From Mizuhopecten yessoensis (taxonomy: Eukaryota): a stretch of DNA of 64,000 nucleotides. Position numbers and translations under genes: made by a program. The DNA is taken from NCBI RefSeq assembly GCF_002113885.1, contig NW_018408623.1:1360221-1424220 (forward strand), given 5' to 3'. Under the pieces are notes generated by a model, which was given only the letters and a program-made list of their open reading frames with translations, searched no databases and was not told the DNA's origin. This document shows positions 13,529 to 26,505 of this stretch, piece after piece. Numbering within the stretch: position 1 is the stretch's first letter; each line of letters opens with the position of its first letter.

Positions 13529-14660
13529 GTGAGTAGTATTTATTTCACCTCGTAGTTCGCTGGGTTCCATTAATTTACTTTTCTTTATATCACACTAATT
13601 GTTTTGCGGAAAATCAAGCTTAAAAAAAACTAGTAACCCAACAATTGATTGTGGTATAAAGACAAAGGCAAAGTCATGAATACAATCTTAGGTCCTGCCT
13701 TCCATGATCAGGAATGCTTGCACTGTGTACCATACACCAGACCCACGCTGTGTTTTGCTTCGAATCGCTGTAAAATGTTAAATGTTCGCCTCCATTTTAT
13801 TTTGTGCATTTCACTTAAAGAGAGAAGCATTACTAAAATGATTTCTAACTATAAGGTATTGTGTAAATTTTTAGTCTTCATTACAATACATATTGTGATA
13901 TTCCATGAAATAATGAGAACAAGAGTCATATTTGGCCAGCAGGTTTCAGGTCTCAAAGGACAAAAATTGAAGAAGAAAAACTTGGCATAATTGGGAATAG
14001 AAGAAAACATTCAGATTTTTATTTAACCTTTTCATATACTGTTGAAAAATCAGTTTGTAATAAATTTTCATTGTAGCAAAGTTCTATTGCAGGAAAACAT
14101 CTTATTTCCAGTGTATTTCCACTCTGTTGTTTGAGCATGCTTTTCTGTTTGTTTCAGTGTTTTTCATATTTCAAACAAAGTCATTGATGTTATATGAATT
14201 CTATCAAGACTTGCCTGACATTTGGGACAGACAAGTCTACGACACTATATAATTGATTATTTCAATTTCAAATGAATAATTTTATTCCTATGAAGCAATA
14301 TCAACATTAAAAACTCACAGGAGAAGACAACTGTAGAAAAGTAGCATGTACCCAATATTAAGACAGGAATGTGAGCCACACACACTGGTAAGGGTGTGAA
14401 TACCACATCGGAAACATCAATTATATCTCTGGGCAGAACACGGCAAAACAGAAGTGACTACTGTTTTTTGTTTATAGCTTGTTTCTGGAACTGCTGTCAG
14501 GAGTGACAACTCCACAATCTAGTGCAGGCCTTTTGTTTAAGACTTTCTCACCAACTCCATCCAGATCAATGAGTTGTACAGAGTCATAAAATAGAGCATC
14601 TTAATAGGAATACTACACCATTTTCTTTCTTCACACAGATTTCATCCAGGTTAAGTGAGG

Positions 14661-14952
14661 GGCTGTAAACAAGTCCACATCCCGAGTTGTCAGTTACTGT
14701 ATTAAACTGGCTGTAAATAGGTACACATCCCGAGTTGTCAGTTACGATAGAAGTATATTGACTGTAAACATAACTAACGAAACAAAGATTCAGTTGTCAC
14801 TTATTGTAATACACTGGCTGTAAACAGGAACACATCCAGAGTTGTAAGGTAAGGTAGTACACTGGCTGTAAACAGGTACACATCCAGAGTTGTAAGGTTA
14901 GGTAGCTATAGTACACTGGCTGTAAACAGGTACGCATCCAGAGTTGTAAGGT
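14661..14952. repeat. Degenerate ~48-55-bp tandem repeat, about 6 copies
   Basis: Recurring ctggctgtaaacaggtacacatcc(c/a)gagttgt. Confidence 0.8.
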
Positions 14953-17900
14953 ACTGTTGTATGTATAAACATTTTGAGTGCATCATTTTTACTGTTATTA
15001 AATTGCTATGAAGATCAAAGTTTGATTTTAACACCAATAATTACAATTCCATTAGTGGAGATGGAGATAGGCAGCACAAGGTTGCTGTCTATAATGTCTG
15101 CACAACGTACTTTGGATTTGTTCTGTTGAAAGTTGAGTTCGCTTAAAAGCATACTTCAATGACAACTATTCAGTAACATTACTTTTGCAACCAACATATC
15201 ATCTGATTATTGTAATGTAAATACAATGTTTTTTGGGGTTATCAGGTCTGATTTTGGTATGGTTGTTGTAGTTCAAGGGGTTTTTCCAAGGATATTACAT
15301 GTTCTGTTATATCTGTATTTATCAGGAAGTTCGATACAGCATTCTGTTGAACCAGCACTCTGCCACGCGGCATTTGGGCTGTGACAGAAAGCAGCTCTGG
15401 GTCGACAGCATAGGGTCAGACCCTGCGTACTGTGTTGTATGTTTACCCTTTCAATATCCAGTATAGAATACAATTTGTGTGATAAAAAGTTACTGGTAAA
15501 ATCAATCAAGTGTATTTAGCTGTGACAAGTGTCAACACTCTGGCTACGTGGATCATAGAACCCATTGTGGACCTGGTCTGGCCTACAACAGCAGATTCTA
15601 ACACAAGAAATATCCAATATAACTATCAGTAAAAATGAATAAAAAGAAAAAGAAAATTCTATAAAAAAAATCTATCAAAATTGATTGAGAATACTGTCTG
15701 AGTGGTGTTGTTACTGAAGCTTCAACAGAGCTAGTACAATTACCAGCCTAAGGACTCTCCAAGGTTTAACACTGATAGAACATCAGGATTACGTGAATAG
15801 GAAATCTACTGCAAAGGCGGACATATTGTGAGGACAAATTTGATCAGAACTGCCGACGATACTTGAAACAAGTTGTCATTCATGAGCTCTGATTTATTCT
15901 GACAACGTCAAGGTTGCTAAGATGGGGGACACAGGGTTCTGACACAGAGGAGAGGTCCCAATAGTCTAATGAGATTTTCTCTTTCTTGTCTGAATTATTC
16001 ATCAAAGACATTCTGCCTACACCAAACACTAAGGGAGACTACTCACGTGACACTCTCTGACCGAATTCAGCCTCGATCACAGTGTAATGGACCACTTTGA
16101 TGTTCAAGTGTAGCATATATTTATTGGATCTGTTTTTAACCATAAAATTGAAACATTGTTTTAGAGAGGTTTGGTACAGTTAAGGTTTTACATCTTTACA
16201 CAATACAAGATCATACTCCAATCAGTGTACACTGAAGATGGGGTCATTTATGATAAAGGGCTACTTTCAAAGTGCTATCTTCCTGAAACATTGGAACCTG
16301 GAGGTTAGCATGGCACCCCACCTGGTCCCATATTTGTGAAAACATGTTAGGGAGGCACCAAACCAGCTCTTACACCTTGGATTCGCTTTTTTACATCCAA
16401 GAGAGTCAACTCACTTTTGTCCAATCCTTTTGATTGCTATTAATCAATCAAATATATATGATGAATTAAATAAATTCAATCTGTCTGTGCAAATGGATGG
16501 CGCTTACTTAAAGATTATTTGGTACAGGTATATGATGATTATGATATTTATAAAGCCAGATTTATTGGAACTACAAATAGCTAGATATTGACTTCCTATG
16601 AGGTGTACACAGAGTAAGATGTACTTCTATTGTACAATTCGTTACTAAGTACTGAATCCTTGCTGTCTGTAAGGATTATAAAAGGTACTGGTAACTAGTT
16701 GTATAGGGACCCCAGTCTACTCCATCCTTGTCTAAGAGTTCTGTCCAAGTGCAGACCAAGCACAATTGACACCTCGTGAGTTTTTATAGAAATATGTGTG
16801 TAGAGTTTATCTATCTGTGCATCCATGTAGACGGTCTGTGTAATTACGCATAAGTTGCACTCTAAATTGTCTGTGGCCAGGAGCTCAGAGGTTCAAGACA
16901 GATGGCCACCAGCTCTTAGATACAAGCTTTCGCCCCATTACCAGTTGAAGGAGTTAGATACGATGTACCTGGTGTCCCACAGGGGTCGCTGATGAGTCCA
17001 GCATCTTGGTAGATTTAAGGGGTGAGGAGTCTATATATCTGACATATATTCTGTAAATTATTGACATGCTTTTAGTTGTTTCTGACACCAAACATCTGGA
17101 AATAGGCTGTGAAGTCCATAGAGAATGAAACACTCGAAAAATCATTCTTACCTCTTAAGATAACCACACTTGGGGCTTGTTCTTATAAAGAACATTTATT
17201 TGAAAATTTTGAAAAATGAAAATTTTTTTATAGAGTACGCTGAAGTGCATTATCAAGGTTTGAGCACGCTAGATTATGTCACACACAGGGAACAAAAGAG
17301 ACGGGTTGTCTCCCTTACCCTCATGATCAATCTATATAACCTTACCTACTAATTAGCTATATGTTGGAGCCCAACATGCATGGTTTCTACTGTGACATGC
17401 TTAGGTCGCTATGAAAGTCAAAGTCATTCCAAAACACAACTCGCTAGTTCCACGATCATGAACACAATTAAATATAATCTGGTTTGCTTTTATTACGTTT
17501 TCTTTGTGACATAGCATGCGTGCGGCAATCTCTGTATTACACCGAGTGCTGATTGCAGGTGCATTAGAATTATGTGGTTTGTCTGGGTGTGCTGATGCCA
17601 TGGAGAGCTGTACTGTTTATTGCTTCTTGAAACAGCTTGTTCATGAGGATTTCAACAGGCGAATAGAACACAACGGCTACATATCCATTGTTTAATCATT
17701 TGTTTGAGATTTTAAAATCCTCGCTTCAGCTAAGATCATGTTTAATCATGGCTGAATAAATAAATATTCAGGATATATTTGGATACAGGATCAGCTTCCC
17801 TGGCAAATTAATGAAAAGAATATCTGTCTCATAAAGTGTTAGTGATTTACAATAGCAGATAGGTTCATCATAGACTCCGTTACCTGATATACTTATGTAT

Positions 17901-17979
17901 CAGAGAAAGCTAACATACTGGTACAAATTGTCCATCATTAGGATGGCTAACACTAATAGTGTTATGGATTGTCCTTGAC

Positions 17980-18348
17980 CTGTCTGGTCACCCATAGGTA
18001 CACCAGTGCCTTAGTACCATGGTCATCTATCTGTTTGGTCACCCATAGTTACACCAGTGCCATAGGACCATGGTCATCTATCTGTTTTGTCACCCATAGT
18101 TACACCAATGCCTTAGGACCATGGTCATCTATCTGTTTGCTCACCCATAGGTACACCAGTGCCTTAGGACCATTGTCAGCTATCTGTTTGGTCACCCATA
18201 GTTACACTAGTGCCTTAGGACCATGGTCATCTATCCGTTTGGTCACCCATAGGTACACCCGTGCCTTAGGACCATGGCCATCTATCTGTTTGGTCACCCA
18301 TAGGTACACCAGTGCCTTAGGACCATGGCCATCTACCTGTCTGATCAC
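17980..18348. repeat. 51-bp minisatellite, about 7 copies
   Basis: Unit ctgtttggtcacccataggtacaccagtgccttaggaccatggtcatctat; yields the 17-aa repeat ORF 17969..18370. Confidence 0.95.
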
Positions 18349-19280
18349 TTATACATACAGAAACCCTTAACTTAGGCATTTGATCATCTAGGGTATGTAA
18401 ATACTATTGTGGGCAGTGGTCGGTCATCTACCAGACATGTCAATCATTATAGGTACAGCAAATTGTATTGGATGTAGGTATGTCAAGGGTCTGATGATAG
18501 GGGTCATTATGGTAGTTGTTGTGAAAGACATTCTCCTACATTACACTAACATTGCAGAGAGTTCTTGCTCAAGTAAAATGGTATGAAATCACACATATGT
18601 TGGCTGGGACTCAACTGTTTGTGGCTAATTCTGTCAAGTTCTTGTTGACCTTTGTACAGTAGTGTTTATTGCAATGTTGATATGGACAAACTGACCCGGT
18701 AGGTACTGGAAGGAAACCACTTAACCAGTATTTGTGTAATTGGTAAGGTAGTTTATATAGACAAGGCCTGGTACAGTTTAGTCTCATCCAAGATATTTAG
18801 ACAGGACAGCAGCCCTCAAATACCTACTAGTTAGGATTATATTGATAGCATTCCTATCACAGAGCCTTGCGTTCATGAAGCCATGAAACCCCTTTTACCT
18901 GTAATTATCAGATTTAACTCTCTGCGGTAGCCCCAGCATCCAGGCTTCAGATGTAACTTTTGGCTATGTAAAACATCACAACAGTGGTTATGATTAAGCC
19001 TCTTGGATTGCCGGAAATAGGTACCCATCTATAATGTACTGAGGAAGGAGGGCACATTGATCTAGGACTGCATGGTTTACAAAAACATACTAACCTGTGG
19101 CTTATTTGCTTGTAGATCGTTAGGTTGTTCACCTCCTCAACTTAATATCATGCTGCCCTTCAGGGAAAAATAACCTCTTGTCATTTTGTCCAATTCCCAG
19201 AAGTATATGGGGTTGCAGAAGTTAATTGAAGAATGGCAACCCGATTTTATTGTAGGGAAGGACCCACCTCACATATCACT

Positions 19281-20411
19281 GTTTTGGTGCAGGAAGTGAC
19301 CACCTCCCGTGTCAATGTTTTGGTGCAGGAAGTGACCACCTCCTGTGTCAATGTTTTGGTGCAGGAAGTGACTACCTCCTGTGTCAATGTTTTGGTGCAG
19401 GAAGTGACCACCTCCTGTGTCAATGTTTTGGTGCAGGAAGTGACTACCTCCTGTGTCAATGTTTTGGTGCAGGAAGTGACTACCTCCTGTGTCAATGTTT
19501 TGGTGCAGGAAGTGACTACCTCCTGTGTCAATGTTTTGGTGCAGGAAGTGACTACCTCCTGTGTCAATGTTTTGGTGCAGGAAGTGACTACCTCCTGTGT
19601 CAATGTTTTGGTGCAGGAAGTGACTACCTCCTGTGTCAATGTTTTGGTGCAGGAAGTGACTACCTCCTGTGTCAATGTTTTGGTGCAGGAAGTGACTACC
19701 TCCTGTGTCAATGTTTTGGTGCAGGAAGTGACTACCTCCTGTGTCAATGTTTTGGTGCAGGAAGTGACTACCTCCTGTGTCAATGTTTTGGTGCAGGAAG
19801 TGACTACCTCCTGTGTCAATGTTTTGGTGCAGGAAGTGACTACCTCCTGTGTCAATGTTTTGGTGCAGGAAGTGACTACCTCCTGTGTCAATGTTTTGGT
19901 GCAGGAAGTGACTACCTCCTGTGTCAATGTTTTGGTGCAGGAAGTGACTACCTCCTGTGTCAATGTTTTGGTGCAGGAAGTGACTACCTCCTGTGTCAAT
20001 GTTTTGGTGCAGGAAGTGACTACCTCCTGTGTCAATGTTTTGGTGCAGGAAGTGACTACCTCCTGTGTCAATGTTTTGGTGCAGGAAGTGACTACCTCCT
20101 GTGTCAATGTTTTGGTGCAGGAAGTGACTACCTCCTGTGTCAATGTTTTGGTGCAGGAAGTGACTACCTCCTGTGTCAATGTTTTGGTGCAGGAAGTGAC
20201 TACCTCCTGTGTCAATGTTTTGGTGCAGGAAGTGACTACCTCCTGTGTCAATGTTTTGGTGCAGGAAGTGACCACCTCCTGTGTCAATGTTTTGGTGCAG
20301 GAAGTGACTACCTCCCGTGTCAATGTTTTGGTGCAGGAAGTGACTACCTCCTGTGTCAATGTTTTGGTGCAGGAAGTACTGACCTCCTGTGTCATTGTTT
20401 TTGGTGCAGGA
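19281..20411. repeat. 36-bp minisatellite, about 31 near-identical copies
   Basis: Unit gttttggtgcaggaagtgactacctcctgtgtcaat. Confidence 0.98.
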
Positions 20412-21557
20412 AAGAACCCACCTATAATGTATTGTTTCAAGGTTTGCTGTTGTAAAGTACATATAGAAACACAATGATCTTGGGAAACGAAAGAAAAAAG
20501 ATGACTTTATGTATGCAAAAATTATGCCCAGGTTTTCAAAACATGAAAAAGAATATTTTGGTTTAGATATCCATCTATTTCAGTTGCAGAATTAGAGGGT
20601 GAGTGTGGGTATTATTTCAGTACCAAGGTGTTGTTTTTGTCGTGAAACAATGTTTCTACAGATTTTTCTAATAAGTATAACCTCTTACTACATGTGTTAA
20701 GACCCGCCTTATGAAAGTCATAAACCTGTGTCTTTATCTAGATAACTGTAATTCAGACAGTATGGCTTAGCTATATCCAATTATACTGTTGGAGATTGAA
20801 AGCAGATGGGACGAAATTGACTGGTCCATTTATTGATCTTAAATTCATAATTTTAAGTTGTAAAATGTGTTCTTTGTACAGCTTCCTTTTTTTTTTAAAT
20901 AAAAGTAATAAATACAACTATCCTTCTGTGTTCTTGTTATAGGTATAGGCCTATACTTCTAAACAGGAATGTAAACAGACTCAACCCTCTACTGCTACAC
21001 ATTGTTAGGTTTCTGCCTGATTCTGTTGAGAAATCGGCCTTTAGCTCTAAACAGAGCTTAGTTTGAAGCTTAATAGAGTACCACCTGTCTAAATAAGATA
21101 CAACTAGAACCAAAACTTTAAAACTTGTCATTAGTGTCTATGTGCATATTTTTTGTTTAATTTCTTCCTTCATGCTTTTTTTAGCCAGATTCACTGTTGT
21201 AAAGTCAGATGTCAGATACAGACTTACAAGTAGGGTATTGTTAGCTGTGTGTGGACATCTATGGATCTCCAGTCTGATTCCTGGAGACAAGTGTCACATG
21301 CGTCCAGCGTTTATAAGTCTAGTGTTTGATTTGATACTTGACCAAGACGTTGCAATGAACAACCCTAACAACAATTGAAGCAAACATTACAACATTTTTC
21401 ATTGCTTTTTCTGTTGTTTTTTTTTTTAAATGTATGGATTAGTTAATTTTTGAATGTGATATAAAAAAGCAAGCAAACTATTTCCTCAATAATATGAAAT
21501 TTGAGATCCTGCATTACTTTTACATAAACTACAGTTGACCTGAACCCCAAAAGGGAA

Positions 21558-21813
21558 AGCACTGACTTGAACCCTGTACCTGCCTGCTAGAGACAGTAGA
21601 AGGTAGGAGAAGGTGCTGTGGCCTTGTCAAGTTCTCTGTAATAGAGAGCACTGACTTGATCCGTGTACCTGCCTGCTAGAGACAGTAAAAGGTGTGAGAA
21701 AGTGCTGTGGCCTTGTTAAGCTCACTGTAATAGAGAGCACTGACTTGAACCGTGTTCCTGCCTGCTTGAGACAGTAGAAGGTGTGAGAAGGTGCTGTGGC
21801 CTTGTCAAGCTCT
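21558..21813. repeat. 89-bp tandem repeat, about 3 copies
   Basis: agcactgacttga starts at 21558, 21647, 21736. Confidence 0.92.
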
Positions 21814-22145
21814 CCCCATTACCTTAAGTATTAGTTCTGACACAGATTGGTAAGGTAGGTAATGTGTAGATCTGTATCACCTATCGCCCCTCACAGTGAT
21901 GGTGCACCCTCCCCAGACAGTACACCTGTCGGGTGATGGGGCCAGCACTTAGACACAATATGTAGCATGATGGTATCTTCATTCATCCCCACCATCTTAC
22001 CTGTAATCTCACAGAACCTGCCAGTAGTTTCTCCTAATGAGATACTTCCACAGATAGATAGATGTATAGAAACCAAAAAGCATTTGTCTTGGATGATTTT
22101 TATCCTTGTTGATGTAAATTTGTACTAATTCTGAAGCTCCAGTCA

Positions 22146-22236
22146 TTAACTCATTCACCCCTGAAGACACATTTGAACTCTTCCAATTCAAAAGATGGAA
22201 TAGTTCAATATGAAATTTCAGGGGTGAATGAGTTAA
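22146..22236. mobile_element. Short TTAA-flanked MITE (piggyBac/Kolobok-type target), copy 1
   Basis: TTAActcattcacccctgaa ... ttcaggggtgaatgagTTAA perfect 20-bp inverted ends; near-identical copy at 39967-40057. Confidence 0.9.
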
Positions 22237-23223
22237 GTCAGATATATTGTGTTCATTGAAATCTACTTATCTATATTAGCTAGTGAACCTTTAAATTTAC
22301 AATGGATCTGAACAAATTTTGAAAACGGGAAAATACATCAGTGAGAAATCTGTTTCAATTCTCAAATTCAATTCTGTGGTGTCATTATTCAACCACTTCA
22401 CAATCCTAGATTTTAGAGAAATTAGATATATTTTTTTTCATTTAGAAGAAAAACAAAGTTGTGGAGGGAGATAGACCTTTGACAAAATTGTCCTGTGCTT
22501 GCCTGGAAAGCTTGATTTTCGGACACTGTTGTTTGGGAATTTATCTTTCTGGAGGACTATTTGTTGTTTCAAACTCAGTGCTTAATTTTAATTATTGATG
22601 GTAATAAAAGTTGGCAGAAAGTCTAACGGAGTTTAGTATGATACTAATACCACATCTAGACTTTGACTTATGAGGTGGCTATGTGTAAAATCATACGATA
22701 GCGGTTCTCTAAAGGTAAACTTGTACACCACAGCGTCCATACATCTAGTGGTGACATCAGCCGGAGGAATTTGGAACAATTCATAGTTAACAGAATGTTC
22801 CAAGGTGAAGGTAGGCCATCAACAAGTCTTGTTTTACATAACATTCAAGTAAAACTGTTTTGTCATAAATTGTCGTACCAGTACACTATAGTCTTTGTAC
22901 ATCCTGCAGTGTGTTTATAAAAACGTTAAAAACACATTATGTTGGGCAATATAGCCTCACAGTGCCCAGTTATATATGAACAGATAGCCGGTCCCTACTT
23001 CCTGTTAGACACATAGCTCCGAGTATAGAAACCAGGCATCCCGTAAATTATTCAATGAGGAGAAATCAATCTCTTTCACAAGTTAATTCCTTGTTTAATT
23101 ATTCATGTTTGATTTCAGTTGTGTGCCCTTTGTCTGTAACCACTGGGCATGTTTAGGTAATTGTTTTACTCTGGAAAAAACACAGTCATACCCGACATCA
23201 GTGTAGACCCCAAGTACGCCCGA

Positions 23224-26200
23224 ACAGTCATACGTATAGACCTTCTATAGTAGACCCTACAGTCTTACGTATAGACCTTCTATAGTAGACTCTACAGTCA
23301 TTCTTATAGACCTTGTATAGTAGACCCTACACTCGTACGTATAGACCTTCTATAGTAGACCTTACAGTCATACGTATAGACCTTCTATAGAAGACCCTAC
23401 AGTCGTTCTTATAGACCTTCTATAGTTGACCCTACAGTCATACGTATAGACCTTCTATAGTTGACCTTACAGTCATACGTATAGACCTTCTATAGTACAC
23501 CTTACAGTCGTACGTATAGACCTTCTATAGTAGACCCTACAGTCTTACGTATAGACCTTCTATAGTAGACCCTACAGTCATACTTATAGACCTTCTATAG
23601 TAGACCTTACAGTCATACGTATAGACCTTCTATAGTAGACCCTACAGTCGTTCTTATAGACCTTCTATAGTTGACCCTACAGTCATATGTATAGACCTTC
23701 TATAGTTGACCTTACAGTCATACGTATAGACCTTCTATAGTACACCTTACAGTCGTACGTATAGACCTTCTATAGTAGACCCTACAGTCGTTCTTATAGA
23801 CCTTCTATAGTAGACCCTACAGTCATATGTATAGACCTTCTATAGTAGACCCTACTGTCATACGTATAGACCTTCTATAGTAGACCCTACAGTCGTTCTT
23901 AAAGACCTTCTATAGTTGACCCTACAGTCGTTCTTAAAGACCTTCTATAGTAGACCCTACAGTCATACGTATAGACCTTCTATAGTAGACCCTACAGTCA
24001 TTCTTATAGACCTTCCATAGTAGACCCTACAGTCATACGTATAATCCTTCTATAGTAGACCCTACAGTCATACGTATAGACCTTCTATAGATATGACTGT
24101 AGGGTCTACCATAGAAGGTCTATACTTATGACTGTAGGGTCAACTACATAAGGTCGGTACGTATGACTGTAGTGTCTACTATAGAAGGAGTATACGTATG
24201 ACTGTAAGGTCCACTACAGAAGGTCTATACGTATGACTTTAGGGTCTACTATAGGAGGTCTATACGTATGACTGTAAGGTCTACTATAGACCTTCTATAG
24301 TAGACCCTACAGTCATACGTATAGACCTTCTGTAGTAGACCTTACAGTCATACATATAGACCTTCTGTAGTAGACCTTACAGTCATACGTATAGACCTAC
24401 TATAATAGACCCTTCAGTCATACATATAGACCTTCTATAGTAGACCTTACAGTCATATGTATAGACCTTCTATAGTAGACCCTAAAGTCATACGTATAGA
24501 CCTTCTATAGTAGACCCTACAGTCATACGTATAGACCTTCTATAGTAGACCCTACAGTCATACGTATAGACCTTCTATAGTAGACTCTACAGTCGTTCTT
24601 AGACCTTCTATAGTAGACCCTACAGTCGTACGTATAGACCTTCTGTAGTAGACCTTACAGTCATAAGTATAGACCTTCTATAGTAGACCCTACAGTCATA
24701 CGTATAGTCCTTCTATAGTAGACTCTACAGTCGTTCTTAGACCTTCTATAGTAGACCCTACAGTCGTACGTATAGACCTTCTGTAGTAGACCTTACAGTC
24801 ATACGTATAGACCTTCTATAGTAAACCCTACAGTCATACGTATAGACCTTCTATAGTCGATTCTACAGTCATACGTATAGACCTTCTATAGTAGACTCTA
24901 CAGTCGTTCTTAGACCTTCTATAGTAGACCCTACAGTCGTACGTATAGACCTTCTATAGTAGACCCTACAGTCATACGTATAGACCTTCTATAGTAGATT
25001 CTACAGTCATACGTATAGACCTTCTATAGTAGACCTACAGTCATACGTATAGACCTTCTATAGTAAACCCTACAGTCATACGTATAGACCTTCTATAGTA
25101 GACCTTACAGTCATGCATATAGCCCTTCTATAGTAGATTCTACAGTCATACGTATAGACCTTCTGTAGTAGACCTTACAGTCATACGTATAGACCTTCTA
25201 TAGTACACCTTACAGTCGTACGTATATAGACCTTCTATAGTAGACCCTACAGTTGTACGTATAGACCTTCTATAGTAGACCTTACGGTCATACATATAGA
25301 CCTTCTATAGTAGCCCCTACAGTCATACGTATAGACCTTCTATACTAGACCCTACAGTTGTACGTATAGACCTTCTATAGTAGACCTTACGGTCATACAT
25401 ATAGACCTTCTATAGTAGCCCCTACAGTCAAACATATAGACCTTCTATAGTAGGCCCTACAGTTGTACGTATAGACCTTCTAGAGTACACCTTACAGTTG
25501 TACGTATAGACCTTCTATAGTAGACCCTACAGTCATATGTATAGACATTCTATAGAAGACCCTACAGTCGTTCTTATAGACCTTCTATAGTAGACCCTAC
25601 AGTCGTACGTATAGACCTTCTGTAGTAGACCCTCTGTATACCGTACTCCCAGCTTCCAGCACCTACTCTTCTATAGTAGACCCTACAGTCATACGTATAG
25701 CCCTTCTATAGTAGACCCTACAGTCACACGTATAGACCTTCTATAGTAGACCCTGCAGTCGTTCTTATAGACCTTCTATAGTAGACCCTACAGTCATATG
25801 TATAGACCTTCTATAGTAGACCCTACAGTTGTACGTATAGACCTTCTATAGTACACCTTACAGTCGTACGTATATAGACCTTCTATAGTAGACCCTACAG
25901 GTGTACGTATAGACCTTCTATAGTAGACCCTCTGTATCCCGTACTCCCAGCTTCCAGCACCTACTCTTCTATAGTAGACCCTACAGTCATACGTATAGCC
26001 CTTCTATAGTAGACCCTACAGTCACACGTATAGACCTTCTATAGTAGACCCTCTGTATCCCGTACTCCCAGCTTCCAGCACCTACTCTTCTATAGTAGAC
26101 CCTACAGTCATACGTATAGACCTTCTATACTAGACCCTACAGTTGTACGTATAGACCTTCTATAGTAGACCTTACAGTCATACATATAGACCTTCTATAG

Positions 26201-26277
26201 TAGACCCTACAGTCAAACATATAGACCTTCTATAGTAGACCCTACAGTTGTACGTATAGACCTTCTATAGTAGACCC
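23224..26277. repeat. 35-bp minisatellite, over 80 copies, with an internal inversion and captured flank
   Basis: Unit tagaccctacagtcatacgtatagaccttctatag; reverse-complement units at 24091-24290. Confidence 0.97.
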
Positions 26278-26333
26278 TCTGTATACCGTACTCCCAGCTT
26301 CCAGCACCTACTGGAAGTGATATAAAACGACGG

Positions 26334-26505
26334 TACCATTCTTATCCGGCAAGAAGCCCAGGGGGCCAACATATTAGCTCTGTCTCCGACTAGGGAGATG
26401 GGCTTATTACAGCATAATGAAATATCATCTTTTCATTTCTAATGAAATGCAATTGATATGGGTGGGCTTATTAACAGGCGTGGGCTTATTGCAGGATAAA
26501 CAGTA
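26334..26505. mobile_element. TA-flanked Tc1/mariner (pogo-like) MITE, degraded
   Basis: TAccattcttatccggcaagaagccca ... tgggcttattgcaggataaacagTA imperfect TIRs; internal TGGGCTTATT x3; related partial copy at 48329-48405. Confidence 0.7.

Noticed and set aside
19233-20477. 414/397/401-aa ORFs as real proteins
   Set aside because: They are translations of a 36-bp minisatellite, open on both strands, with no synonymous-biased variation and no domain
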